Shown piece by piece: positions 27,001 through 29,792 of a stretch of 64,000 nucleotides of DNA. The stretch spans positions 15,990 through 79,989 of the IMG/VR virus record IMGVR_UViG_3300021958_000045; one strand, given 5' to 3'. The notes under the pieces are model-generated. The model made no database searches, was not told the DNA's origin, and saw only the letters and a list, made by a program, of their open reading frames with translations. Origin of the DNA: a virus. Its lineage: Duplodnaviria > Caudoviricetes. Within the stretch, counting starts at the first letter, position 1. Every line of letters begins with the position of its first letter. The position numbers were made by a program, and so were the translations under genes.

Positions 27001-29786
27001 TTTTGGGCTCTTGCAAGATTTTTCTCTCTAATTTTTTTAAGTAATTCTGGCTTGCCCCAAGTAGACACAAAATTTGGTATACTTTTAGCAGCATCTGGAA
27101 TTATTCCTTGTGCAGCCCTCTTTTTACCACCAGCAGCAATAGCTTTACCTCGTCCAGCTACTGTTCCAGCGGCAGCCTTCTTTTGCTTTTCAAAATCTTT
27201 ATATTGTTTTAATTTTTGATAACCTCCCCTAGAATCAATAATTTTTTTAATTCCACTGCCAATATTTTTCTTGCTTGATGAAACTTTAGCATCTACATTT
27301 TTGCCTTTTCTTGAATCTAAATTAAATGCAGTTGTTAAGTTTTTTTGAAATTCAGGACCAGGAAAATCCCATCCAGCGGTTCCAGGATCGTTTTTTACAA
27401 CTGAATTTTTAATATAATTTAAAGTTGCTTCAAATACCCTTCCTGTGAATTGAGGGCCTGCAGACTTATCCAAGTAATCGCTTAATGGGCCAGAACCTTT
27501 AACCTTTCCTCTTGGCATAATATCTCTAGCTACATCTCCTATGGCAGAAGTCATATGCTTATCAACAATACTATGGAAGCTTGAGCCTTGTGATTGAGCC
27601 AGTCTACCGATAGTGAAGTTTCGTGCTTCAAATTTTGTGCCTTTAAAAGCTGGAGGAACTGCGCCATCAAACACTGAAGATGCTGCTACAGTTTGATTTT
27701 TTCCTGTTTCTGATTTGCCCGCTTCTGCTGTTATAATACCCTGTCCAGCTGCATTTAATTTAATTACCTGATTGTTGGTTGCTTTAAAATTTGGTACATA
27801 ACCAGTAGAGTAAAAGCTTTTGGTTCCATAGTCAGCGGCAGAATAAAATTTTTCAATACCATTGTCATAATTGAATCTTTGCATCATATCTTGATTTAAT
27901 ATTGCAGATGCGCCTGAACCCATAAAGTTTTCAACAATTACTTCATCTGTATTTGCAACGATATCTTGCTTTTGAGTTTTTGTTTTTTGAAAGTTTTTAA
28001 TTAATACAGGGGAAGCAGATTTAGAAGCTCCCCCAACTCTACGATTTATGTCTCTTTGTTCTGCAGCAAAAGAAGGAATAAATTTTGAATCAGTATTTGC
28101 AGGAACATAACCTTTTGACATGCCAAGATCTTTGCGTCCCGCTGCAGCTCTAGGACCTCGGCCATAAGGAACTACAGTGCCTTGATTACTTACTGCAACG
28201 TTGGCTAACGTAGACGACGAAGCGATTTTTTTTAAGAGCGCATCTTGCGCTATTCGTTCGGTCGTTTGTTTTTTTAAGACGCTGAGTATTGCCTGCTCTT
28301 TTGCCACTTGGCTTGTAGAGTCGCTTAGAATTTTCTGTCGAACCCCCTCTTCGCTCATTAAAATTTGAAGAATTGCAGCTTGCAAACCCTCTTGACGTTT
28401 AGTTTCACTGTTGATTGAAAAGATTGACTTCAATGCGCTCGCACCTTGTTGAGCGACGAATGCAAATAATTTAATAAATGCCCCACCAATTAAAACCATG
28501 CCAGGACCACTGATGAAACTACCAATACCTTTTAATAAAGTCTTGCCAATATTAGTGCCACTATCTTCTCCTACTAAATTATTTATTCCGTCAGCCAGAG
28601 TCTTAACTGTTTCTAATACTTTTTCAATGCCAGGACCCAAAGTCATTTCTCCAAAATTGGCAGCCAACTCTTTTATAGATAATCCTGTTTGACTAAGTAG
28701 AGCAGACATAGTTTTATTCAACTCTTCATTTCTTTGGGTGGCTTCATTAGTACTATTGTTTGCAGTTTTAAGAGCTTGATCGTATATACTAAATTCGCTA
28801 TTTAAGTCTTTAATTAAAGCTTTAAGGTTATTAACCTGAAACACTCCAGCAATTAATTCATCAGTTGCGGCTTTTTGAGCATCGCTTAAAGTATCGTAAC
28901 CTTTTGCATAATCTTGAAGCACTGCCATGCCAGAACGAAATGCCCCAGTTGCATCTTGCGTTGCAACACCGATTTCTTCTAAAGCTTCTCTTACGCTAGA
29001 TCTCTGCAATCTTGTAAATATACTTTTAAATGAGTTTCCTATTACTGCTCCACCTCTAGCTGTTTGCTGTTGAACACTAGTAACAGCAGCAAGAAGTTCA
29101 TTAAATTGCACTTTTGCAGATTGTGCAGTTGCTCCAGCTCTTGCTAAACCATCTGCTAAATCTTTAGAAGATACTGCAAAGGCTGCATCAACATTAGCCA
29201 ATCTATTGACAATATCTGAAGAATTTATAGCTGCATCATTAAAACCATTTATGGCTGCCGTAAGAGCATTTACAGCCTCCACAGAATCCATGCCAGACAA
29301 TCTTGTTAACGTCATTGCATCAGCAATACGCTGAAGGGTTTCGTCAGCACTTAAACCTTGTCTAGCAAACTCTGTTGCGGCAGCGGCTATATCTTGAAAA
29401 GATGATGCAGTATCTCTTGCAACATCAAATAAAGCTCCTCCAAAATTTTGTAAAGCAGACTCAGACATATTCATAATAACATTAACGTCTTTTAATGCTT
29501 TTTGAACTTCTATGGCTGATTGAGCCATTGCTTTTAATGCATCAGAAACTCCATTAATAACGGAAACTGCAGCACCAAACGCAAATACACGAGCGACAGC
29601 AGCGTCCATGGATTTTTCAAATTCTCCCATTTGGCCAGTAATTCTACCAAGAGGCTGGACGAGTCCTTTTTCATTCAATTGCAATTTAATGGGCTGAATT
29701 TTCTTTTCGCCCATTTTGGCTTGATTAGCAATATCTTGATCAAGACCTACTGCTTTAACTCTTACTCTAATATTTTCTTGTGCCAT
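1..29786 (-). CDS. Giant tape measure protein / multi-enzyme polyprotein, at least 9,928 aa, 3' end outside the window
   Basis: ATG at 29786 (MAQENIRVRVKAVG...). The frame was spot-translated open at many points down to position 3 (...KKDGRDWMS). No minus-strand ORF of this frame is in the track, consistent with no stop before the edge. It lies directly downstream of the tail tube and chaperone genes. Confidence 0.9.
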   Translation of the reverse strand, partial: MAQENIRVRVKAVGLDQDIANQAKMGEKKIQPIKLQLNEKGLVQPLGRITGQMGEFEKSMDAAVARVFAFGAAVSVINGVSDALKAMAQSAIEVQKALKDVNVIMNMSESALQNFGGALFDVARDTASSFQDIAAAATEFARQGLSADETLQRIADAMTLTRLSGMDSVEAVNALTAAINGFNDAAINSSDIVNRLANVDAAFAVSSKDLADGLARAGATAQSAKVQFNELLAAVTSVQQQTARGGAVIGNSFKSIFTRLQRSSVREALEEIGVATQDATGAFRSGMAVLQDYAKGYDTLSDAQKAATDELIAGVFQVNNLKALIKDLNSEFSIYDQALKTANNSTNEATQRNEELNKTMSALLSQTGLSIKELAANFGEMTLGPGIEKVLETVKTLADGINNLVGEDSGTNIGKTLLKGIGSFISGPGMVLIGGAFIKLFAFVAQQGASALKSIFSINSETKRQEGLQAAILQILMSEEGVRQKILSDSTSQVAKEQAILSVLKKQTTERIAQDALLKKIASSSTLANVAVSNQGTVVPYGRGPRAAAGRKDLGMSKGYVPANTDSKFIPSFAAEQRDINRRVGGASKSASPVLIKNFQKTKTQKQDIVANTDEVIVENFMGSGASAILNQDMMQRFNYDNGIEKFYSAADYGTKSFYSTGYVPNFKATNNQVIKLNAAGQGIITAEAGKSETGKNQTVAASSVFDGAVPPAFKGTKFEARNFTIGRLAQSQGSSFHSIVDKHMTSAIGDVARDIMPRGKVKGSGPLSDYLDKSAGPQFTGRVFEATLNYIKNSVVKNDPGTAGWDFPGPEFQKNLTTAFNLDSRKGKNVDAKVSSSKKNIGSGIKKIIDSRGGYQKLKQYKDFEKQKKAAAGTVAGRGKAIAAGGKKRAAQGIIPDAAKSIPNFVSTWGKPELLKKIREKNLARAQKDIKGFDGMKTTNEWNGQLPIIQVTDKKTGTTTRFTYGKGEYDYENKTDILYSERAKGADVNDPSMKGGANRNFDKIAGFTGKRRWKNKEIHSTFDQIRASSGKTPWETIINAFPQLKQRIKPGMSTSGTFQIGNDEIEFKNIKSLKTKVSKWVKENGIESFNSWSEANLGFNTKNSILSGTASGEYFAMDAYTKILKKGDKNFNRDEKAGFYSEGVVPNFIKPVDMQSDRPRLLKMWQGKLEQAKQLSQSGKPRAEIDPKISQLNGEANQIWQRIVGLQEKQKKQISSKSAKKYSEGVVPNYASYLNSQEAVPNFIKPVDMQSDRSRLLKMWQGKLGQAKQLSQSGRPRAEIDPKISQLNGEANQIWQKIVKLQESQKKQAPGKSLKKYSEGAVPNFTKDAGTLERTVSKLSEGLVPNFALKRNAGFRKFYDFDETLGTYSKNVKSKDLFQAESAGLAKPTPLAKELQGQAVTVLTARAKQSVPFIEEKLKKWGINPEKIMTTADMFNNIKIASDGSGKIIKAKGGRVPGYRNLKPAEKKAILLERIWKKQGGKYDLIDDAIENIEAIRNLRNENITGTHYQFSGQHSGRGSGNAEGLVPNFAQPENTQRDLVPNFAAETMPVPRYLEKVSKEIQAAGGSAQIVGGAPRDFLMGKFPKDWDVEVFGLEQEKLQKILSPSLTKEGLVGKDFGVFKAKSGGQDFEFSMPRREKKVGAGHRGFEVEVDPNMGRKEAAQRRDLTINSISYDPLTKKFIDPLGGRQDLQDGIMKPTSPRFKEDPLRVLRSMQMAGRFNLSADKELINYSREMVGQFKDLPKERVREEWMKWASKSTNPEKGLQFLKESGWIKHFPEIDKLQGVPQSPKHHPEGDVFNHTKLVTNAMANNKNWQMLPEKERSKLMFSALTHDFGKVTNTQINKDGSITSYGHEKAGVAPMKSFLGRIMSQGEASKLSKDLTPFVERHMFHSNFPQNLTQKSINRLTKDVGDLSKFQILLESDMGKNLSDDVTARKFTQVDEKNISRMSSIAKESGIYKEPPKPIVQGRDLIQEKLVEPGPQMGSVLKHLEEAQISGEFKTKKEGIEYFKKHREDILKRINKFTPRGKMLRRRASGEVPQLENYSQGLIPNFARIPSMFNIKQTKSGKEYVMEKDLELAKMQFPDAKFKQWGKNPKMHFISGHKPQNKLTKDKISFDSDVKLQEFAQFAAQKGYPEIMGAVVKSTQVAQNSSGNRNYDRLTSWKNKREEVPSQVNIKDVQSLKAEDYQSFPMGKTGADLKRLYNPDSFDNVSKTIFTSTDTQKALAKSAEKFTTKNVDSAEDILKFVKKARGSESISEEQISKLYQEFAEMKGLAIMSDGHIPNFASPAFNKFIKDNIHNKNYKSISDKVTKLNLSVGNAYGVGSNIPQDVKILNRLTSQLSKVTNPLMGPTGKGSRDIVYESKEFAQKFNKTEYDKIQKEITTLQKEKFQLSRPSNPGKNPDKVKQIESEIFKKQEQLKSTEFNKAKSEAIRKEDQDIQRLFQEKFTVQKDKIISPTGKTVSTQDLNSLEEEFNEYMFAKQQKRTNTNEELVLPNFSVTAPETVPNFVNIKAIRELAKRGATNGERSAAQNMLAKHGFKSKTITSRSWHDKLFLENYIKNKGPKSDLEMLIKKGYSEKELISLRKQYENDPQSVKIASHGIVPNFTRQKDRVRDSDYQTQLYKENFKDSSRSEDVNSFTSVDESSTSSKTFAEGMVSKSVSSSSSSADSKSFAGGTISDVTSQETETLATGFIPNFSIESDRMKEAGQASQLYGQNVGYKDTQVKKLEINGKKERVVVNNKEKFYSTGADVQKAFSLPFKPSGGMVLPPSHTKVGKERAREFQTLIKSYASGITPMAEPSPPQLAYGAVPNFSIFRKYSPNTLRKSKIKDYSNEEFAEISRALSEFNLMSMGARGGVINTRLKSESRADGLFRAKTEAQKEDFRQFFNSREFRSLNKYIQEKLKVDFPDLSRGYGYNVDPFEIRQLENVSAGTVPNYANLTLYRGQKNPTLDRPNIGKNMPSFKGAQTPQDVINIIQNFVKSHVSGPLSGRRDIGELDNVAPSGATSFSTSETIAKEFAGGGLNKPAKDNILSTQVSEKNVFNKKKILKLLNRGANPKKGIYPEVEKFKQAMASGQIQKWAEQVGGLFLNVSGRRNDPALMQFNKKEYGRKEYDFYGRSMQSIVPQSDIGWNQNKTSQISSREHEVMQIFNDGIIPNFAPAAGKAGRQKNKPYQDDPDNVIDLRPFTTYDYSLLFPQRGGGAPQSTVRGSGPYAKKYQSQFLVGWNSKGINPKIPKEADRIAKIGDLVERDVKTIVKAHSENFVRAFGEQEIRMQDSSIIDRVVQKHFNEGTLTAMAGNAFEAAANAAFSNIPVNAGGGDFDVRGPTDQLRKFFNWPSSHGSIGDFKANAQSGDIKASMADKILKELDYQGLLSGQVAKEKADFEKYDKQKAATNKQATMNRFRAMPSANALRGAAIKGKQTAQGQQAHEKIPGYMRSGEELENYYKSNQNFYSGIVPNFIINKNLSQEKIPKLVDRNVTQQSYALGKQSEKINLQTRDKNVESKIVQEQEKDLSKQDEFISLSQGLISQKIDNASDSKSVNSYNKSADTQSVIKRQDSSQAKEKKIESTINNSYISYGEKESSSNSSFAESIKSKQSDFINGFQSFSQGMVSKDVSTDSKSFSQGMVSKDVSTDSKSSSQGMVSKDVSTDSKSSSQGMVSKDNQQASSEVFSQGFSLESNKVSSNSTNQENRVFGREDNFSTLYRLRDNFQENESSTKENVLNRRKESIEKRKNKQVIQKYFQGYTPEKQKPSDREFKYLKNDNKEKDSKTEIIESIYSQGKEISKERLSNGYVPNFALNVNSASRGNDALGAAIKRESQAGIPMHKIRIGQSNRLKNESNPGGVGVYNTIDEPRGLGQGISRSISQGINPQKHGLVANGYVPHSTFSVPNFIGRFIPKMFKRGGSKAADAAIPTPTGGGMFGGGGGMMNTIFMGQMMFGGIEGQTGTAGGYAADAAGDALQIAAITSMITDKKKWVALAASVGALNGVLDQYSKSLKVQGDQIERNIQINGKAIESATQVVSAQSRLNSAIEGGDPENITKAIKSLQKQIESFPSGSSAIDDLRSALVTANGDVQKMSTALEKFSASALKVNQLGQLTIKAQAANENREGVLPFGFGPTQLPDFVPFFGGEKGELKDEARGEIRNIGMQSVQGLELAEEQVTSLSKKLSKINFEEFSAEDIRSTIKEFSSTLDEETRTLFDQIVDNIPDEGMVDFTVGIKEQLKLRKESIEAGKAVGKTSSALGNLKSTIVNLSTAVSRSISELNSNITKAFDIAEKQFNSELSIMTGMNYMTPNEARSAQEEFSVTRINAETAAGTEFEVSKFVNQLMKDTKMEDFEGEDGSVFSGKLADVLNKMYLKSSELEQGDGRFMADDIVSAIERIDFDERTQEEQELIDSVRQLNEKANQQIALLKLGNEIAAREDLLQARKNLESTQLDVTAREGEIMEQFAFGQSFEPETQLDLDVQARATQDMVGLMEGLFGKSPELNDMRQQANMQNAIGNVNRILMMLGVETETGFDAKADANIDMGDVVNSMKKALVEQDLPDGTQKMVSYMIKQLTAQQGALASTPSDRSELTRKTLQSTAEALNIDLEELGLDPRTMGFNDLTSIADQLGDNGVEIRLLSSIDEGIQTLSKTLQPEQGISAEEIVKAIRNIKVADTEKVEQRTKASKQQDEARQKIQNIAIDGANVNIGGSTKINTSGNITIHGGANSTEPPQPAPSRGGVPNFARNSSTRDRKKSPIRGLKESLNEDKLKESRGFEQFAGKTFTGGRALQVANYYPGAIDSIYREVEALEKKGITNALNNVQLTIPASSNSLANFQYQGAVVTNTVDEGNVTPRSYLNKIENVHDLSPRDSEFSMTGMIDNSSSQTQAISTVRRSSQNASANQIANNYSIANQKSSWKSARAQSSIGDTYNAGAALRVANYYPEAKETIQKEIKTLKDRGVKNPINEIQFTVPDQELSEIGPKSIIDSVITNRVDDGSVAESNYLTKIQNTHKTGLRIQKQKEFISPSAEQRAENLVKNEKILRNNLHQNIISKRKDSQKTKEQEVYSESVWGETTYAPKQTMAQKLAGKTFTGGAALRVAKYWPGASESISREITALENKGVMDPISNIQLTVPGGKSQYFSSYDGPVVTNKIDEGGVAPTNYINKIRGVHKLGPQEGAFASHGTLDEDVDDKTKFMRGYLERNPYVPNFAAPQKGARRIINTARALGEDMDIWDLEPESIKPSAVANWNSSGAALLKQVHGLQGNSQGGLSKLQRAFIEEMRKEENQQIFSKIGVENFDFDQAKFMDPEIGEPQIFRPMVIEYMGGNKDGQVVPVEEATKAKPRDFQSGKYIISQIDSTNPDIDELELFTGEENRAIRQAVANQDADSEETMRRQRAAKATQRAVERGGPKARSDAGPNVRATKTLGDSAPKVGTLTEAAKQNMKGLESHIIPKDLADDIRSQEAITARAAENATEQASKEIGKSAEGGFVRQAGTWLKRQLQTLRILTGRSTEQKQGINPVKEEEILSQIENEGVRTYSGDTPTNPLETNEDVKSILAEKVDGEVDTGADRVHKQKENYLQRERSVTEKIQRAIQANRIRKNRQKKQRQRQKELEQKARRTLEEQKAQQRQEEIERVRKIQEAEIDKGLGRTRTSMAIGEGSEFKDVLTYNNPELRELSSWDKIKKTALKFVGRYKGSEIEEVERQNNIVRTQQMQDLASGENIASEETTFSKLQKLSNERSVTTSTSATSESLFQRPASTPRNPWTTSVVSHRSQKSPVVEMAEELIEQRAMNISGSVSPIKDAPEESKKQSILRQVIGGSTSPEGVDGLFSLRAETIDPPLLERIRRAKSQLFPEHGNVSFRQAGIVPSKSPSTVLSDFDILASDGTLIGTMDSTGIIHPPTVETKPVIYDANGRAVGAQKVAGVQTAQAQLQLAPANTGELAVSASQADVLNQAQVSKISNKLKSGSDLSVEEMNVLQQWANNNPDLVNSIETGQENKTLLLENADVKSRASRLTDKQFEISKVTSAAKAENQIDELINNPEFVDRATRTMPGDPIHLQRMFDNIDSRKSVPLPPTETALDKVKTNSNINRRANELQKQLVLREIRQKAPLELQKRLRLPANFNEADLNKKFLSEKQRLQQLIDNPNIPSNKRGIIEEDLRILTRNKNEHLNALDPKLMERQDLFINRQFKELIADAGLSVFTGGGAEGVSKLDVTNQAMAKKLGPAAFDLDGDFVKLREEISKVLFLDPENTAGFDKNLAESLVDRELRVIGLDSQGKGFGLGDRMRENLINLDRFVGMGMGEDFLRQAKTQNLHKSDINVARLVSFMDLMDPAGNKLDGKAIENLKKGGIDKIFQKIQKGELFSQTAIRGKTVPMIPKDPEAVLNNLKNADLASQVNASRILENEGKLSSLAASKGNGIVNPASLELAAQELEAGRQPLSTSDVGEDGIDLTKTRMTAEELASLQSTMDSLDGDLDQKAPDQRLSTLSQSLDPENTIETSRNIIAEKQQQLINDRLVEKAEFDRLTSLGNAATQEDLQRMSELLQIDNLRVSQGRSSNFDRENVTRANNQLASFNQQSVRTASNEVGVKLTKREDSPVRSRRSEEAIEELDALEEAKADPVEQAAAVRETGAETEAKVREVASVDDNIVQQTIEEVEEVDDNWKKSKEEYLADPEKAATSERLLEKGKAHKRLIDYLVETKGWKNTMQAGKGIWNGVSSIVPIAGSAKDWTAEKWGTVRERISAWRAEQAKKHPEGIAKQMAEENHRAEQSRKAEAKLAMEMNIGSKPIAFDTSESLTQTFKQTEKFNRSQSGWTEYEDKVLDQLTGRMRVEQNGKDIITYDPKLSPYVGSKDIKEAHALRRSLNPKDHMMKRITAGENIKFLKAGEVMKKVNQGTTAVKGALLDKQISAPKSLTSSNVFQRRLIESETSGKHINVPEEFSKTITRKGNDYRALDLDKVAEGLRESTRVVDYQEPDGSIKTYSVDEFEKKRSEAFSNIQKRAELSSRSISETSTSELGDFKKESISEKIRMEQEKFMRGVLPGDIDGNPGRYTLTKEGSLLRAKEINRQANAVNLQRAGQAFDSAMNYGGGPLRGATVGTLLPAAGILAFQTETGMSVLDSAANMIGSEPKHFVLEKQVRNKDNVSVGTGNYLSTAGTDLIQQQKTLLNKKKQAGLLDAPEEASWHDKALTKIGLKQMAESKVEGDKNATELARKNIAAKIARRNLEGLAGGEEGIPGLSEYTMASQDNLEDARAQPMFFESREAATQYAHENNLSGYSAKGLGDNSEERAFLRSYGKGFAQGKVGEGNDLAESVGLSQFTGSEVAGVLSANLADAAIVGTRARMGTSTAAAMTKGAALKTAARRFAGVTAAEFFVARGEKARMDYSGMEGHLRAGGNYALGFGTGLAFESKNPLLGFAVGAPLGAAAYTARVGLGDYLNFDPDEINNTKYAMSSEELLERQKEIINLAKSKAESARQLLDKYYLGSFVNKGKRLGVDYSSKEAFHTFYDQAERDRYYQLAIEQGEIMRSAYRLAEQMDTRILANRDLYQAGTLQKNEKPNEKLVKHNYTADAVSKILSDTVTLFDPNLVTDLKEQTKMEKEGFTQKQILEKLNSKDFTSTKINEKGEEYVYQPNTEELVNLRQQKSRTYLKGLERVHDFNARQGLLRSSTDYAGASSLEETMEIGKMPEKEFLKEKISWDPDSNLGKIKDRRAQIFYKDGKKITDYDEWMKEMDRGSLDYGKLTYPYEMAQVLGIDTVDHRDTNRRIPMLKVQARIKEQFQNFRTTGRIEKKPAQAVDKILQGMGIASQGGDNSKETKINNFILGKQDDGWNVQYDEATKSTIMKHEKHGLVSFPGMGDVNNERSFERLYEKHMQDLTKSRYEEPMQSYYKAQKNFASGEQTPATRKAFEQSQAERVKNTRGISDADPSREYGRPGYGEENYNKSKFKTFEEFDEKIPKEQRIYLSAMSALLKRGEEAQYQSKDMQGQDVEYYEALADLQADEVMHAQFNKALIERNMGVQASKTQITEAGYSMQKGLGYGTQVDAINKDFESAEVGSANILKLGSLNPEDINGYVSRFQGGLESKREEDIKLRKRVSEREAEMSVIDKKLTSNISQKERDHLTAERGEIVKSLSETKLKRANLKPFLTAPDKVAQGMQLRKNSQTQFESTINRLSKQLGIDEEISLDRKVGSLYNHFSKNPLYTGKSNIEDSKKSAPGDVSKNVLEQKDRWMLREEAIQMMVARNRRLRLEKKKLEKASPGSQIIQQKTFNDDDEFELRRTMNIFADGRSSATKKSTSKQFQKDLDEWHSSRDTKSSYASIIRDQETYSELLKKKGLYLRTGEEDSIAGQAILEGKIGNQSYRGTYFRDLFDSVMTRGSNQGESFNGLLDQKKQAMQDWELVKGLPEMLPYTATMESAYRKGMGLDTKNDDLLGAIPYEEIQKSKQKLNNQLMTAGYSMNWWRDKDVSTRTEDWNKLLIENFRKPVKEDLLKSGGARLAGGIIDEADGTVRAQKDFANVLDEDGNIIQSADERAADALVQNIKKDFKLFDVNQDGIITPDEINLLDDRFDPAKFNPEEGIGYNESARKIAGTRRGTLTPEIFRALTTKFDGSGLGDGPDGGLSRAEIFQNDGSGNDKNKSIVQDRVRDFLKNKYVKQVSPYGESLKEGLNSYFYGGTEGGVRAVEIWKELAMLDKNSIPEASREDFSKAQSEAMKLIQNVGLHRSIISKGQKLDQRSQDRYGDLFKQKMDLQLSPEDIKNYRHLETELGSDKWKGKEHLPAYREMQETMNAYRERRDKVSFINNEFNQGSTKEGMLAGRAFSLPNFLINQGLINEGDSKAGEPWAPAAIGDDWQNYSDRYFRGISSVAQAMDSSTAEKVAKDLGINIKTGGQGGWAGEPDTIFETEKDPQDITNQITGYDEAALDRQFGAQFKEVDTARRLSEEKEFINKYSNQNAMSVMANEMGNLSSNASAKVAGITGRGGDDNTNLTNPFGKSKEIAASWRERETSIQEKHKEGLEKMVSNAKERKISRESFTDVRDPLKFIQQYSKDYNERKGFLWNKVDNAKGAYDQKVATGADAETKALALQRYKEAIQEELFHRQMAYPDSTMNDVLNRKNYLDIQNTDWKLGPAYQDWYDSYAGEKIMLKTGEGVDIPVSDKQDAAKKLLQARGDEMRAVMMQRGWMTEDGEYAKRIGDNAITPEKINELLVDTHPGNKYVYKAGEKIDRLQNIWSEKFGGKFTKGALSLFGNESAKFVLNATGAPGDLTDTSSASEQGGGFVVSRERRDAGLKAQQALQPEVVGRFNILDPNEKLMMAISKSAQNGFKGGGPEDFTSIYQGMSLSGRESFKRKYKEAIEQKVPPSIVSQLNNYISNVDKNDLYATAKGEGVPDYLKRKIDSRTPLTRGERDELREYKKREMVARRIVGEKRRSSGISRAAGQMMDRLGTSEPLARFISSAGSSAVLQYRFMNETDGNIKKLEDLDIQGQGATKINGSYIRTEKDRKRKLESLARKRIAHFNNFKKIISNHPEAKHNILFDSVNPRGFRANPEMASISENIIRRPVISELSDEEKKAALRLNIDVADKLVRTDSNGVPIIQEESRKTMSRLEGTGPFDVIAKTNKLEGLEETFDLDLVQQAAANASQDIRTMQKQADKVREQKSKISYDEAYDLNKDGRLSPEELSRKKMLEDFAKQNQAKASKAKVNNSALGFQPKKSKPFASSRTAASSPGKANLHQAYSEVKQSVLASYKKPVTADQVGIANLRTGTGRYEKRIVNAQEKIFSHGGVDFVAPPKNSSVSRKYAEDVQDEFGIDPYDKKIQNAAQGFVPNRGQSSRAEKNPIPGINKLNVNIDSLSKTLSKTKFDSPDVDLAEAWTKSDTGKQDGRQWEELSQSLRSMYTKNYEDNKMSKAWSQSSTGKKDGRDWMS
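738..779 (-). other. EF-hand loop in the giant ORF
   Basis: AYDLNKDGRLSPEE, canonical D-x-N-x-D-G-x-x-x-x-x-E. Confidence 0.6.
3903..4148 (-). other. EF-hand pair in the giant ORF
   Basis: FKLFDVNQDGIITPDE (canonical 12-residue loop, 4101-4136) and a degenerate partner DGPDGGLSRAE (3906-3938). Confidence 0.6.
14290..15480 (-). repeat. Three diverged copies of a ~90-aa domain in the giant ORF
   Basis: GxALxVAxY[YW]PxA..I.[RK]E[IV]..L...G...I...Q[LF]T[IV]P...V[VI]TN.[IV]D[ED]G at ~15210-15475, ~14780-15040 and ~14290-14550. Confidence 0.85.
18789..18965. repeat. 48-bp tandem repeat, ~3.7 copies, encoding a 16-aa Ser-rich unit (xSQGMVSKDVSTDSKS)
   Basis: Unit atccttagagaccatgccttgagaggaacttttggaatcggtagacac starts at 18789, 18837, 18885 and 18933. 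Confidence 0.97.
19560..20303 (-). other. PD-(D/E)xK nuclease-like cassette 2 in the giant ORF
   Basis: AGNAFEAA...GDFDV...GDFKAN, same order and spacing as cassette 1. Confidence 0.5.
20322..20963 (-). other. ADP-ribosyltransferase (R-S-E clade) cassette in the giant ORF
   Basis: LTLYRGQ (R 20946-48), TSFSTSETIAKEFA (STS 20745-53), SREHEV (E-x-E 20343-51). Confidence 0.8.
21981..22256 (-). other. DUF2786-like helical hairpin cassette in the giant ORF
   Basis: IKAIRELAKRGATNGERSAAQNMLAKHG resembles the DUF2786 pattern. Confidence 0.35.
23733..25139 (-). other. cca: Class II tRNA nucleotidyltransferase (CCA-adding enzyme) with HD domain, in frame inside the giant ORF
   Basis: IVGGAPRDFLMGKFPKDWDV, RREKKVGAGHRGF, RRDLTINS, EDPLRVLR, ERVREEW; HD part PQSPKHHPEGDVFNHT...THDFGK...GHE...ERH...ESD; C-terminal GRDLI..PGPQMG. 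Confidence 0.93.
25263..25727 (-). other. HAD-superfamily phosphatase cassette in the giant ORF
   Basis: Motif I FYDFDETL, motif II VLTAR, candidate motif III K (EKKAILL), motif IV LIDDAIEN. Confidence 0.75.
25810..26350 (-). repeat. Direct duplication of a ~250 bp linker-bounded cassette (offset 285 bp)
   Basis: Two near-identical copies of PNFIKPVDMQSDRxRLLKMWQGKLxQAKQLSQSGxPRAEIDPKISQLNGEANQIWQ...KKYSEGxVPN. Confidence 0.95.
27100..27785 (-). other. PD-(D/E)xK nuclease-like cassette 1 in the giant ORF
   Basis: GRVFEA...WDFP...VDAKVS. Confidence 0.5.
28300..29786 (-). other. Tape measure core domain (TP901/PhageMin_Tail-like) of the giant ORF
   Basis: Ala/Gln/Leu-rich helical sequence with typical motifs: EFARQGLS, LTRLSGMD, LANVDAAFAVSSKDLADGLARAG, TARGGAVIGNSFKSIFTRL. 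Confidence 0.85.
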
Positions 29787-29792
29787 GTGAAC

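Noticed and set aside
1006-28692. About 30 short plus-strand ORFs and four short minus-strand ORFs in the track
   Set aside because: They are antisense or off-frame shadows of the giant minus-strand ORF, with no coherent motifs or start signals
1-29786. Literal reading as a ruler for a ~1.5 micrometre tail
   Set aside because: About a third of the visible protein is globular cargo or linker. It cannot be excluded without EM, but the sequence does not support it
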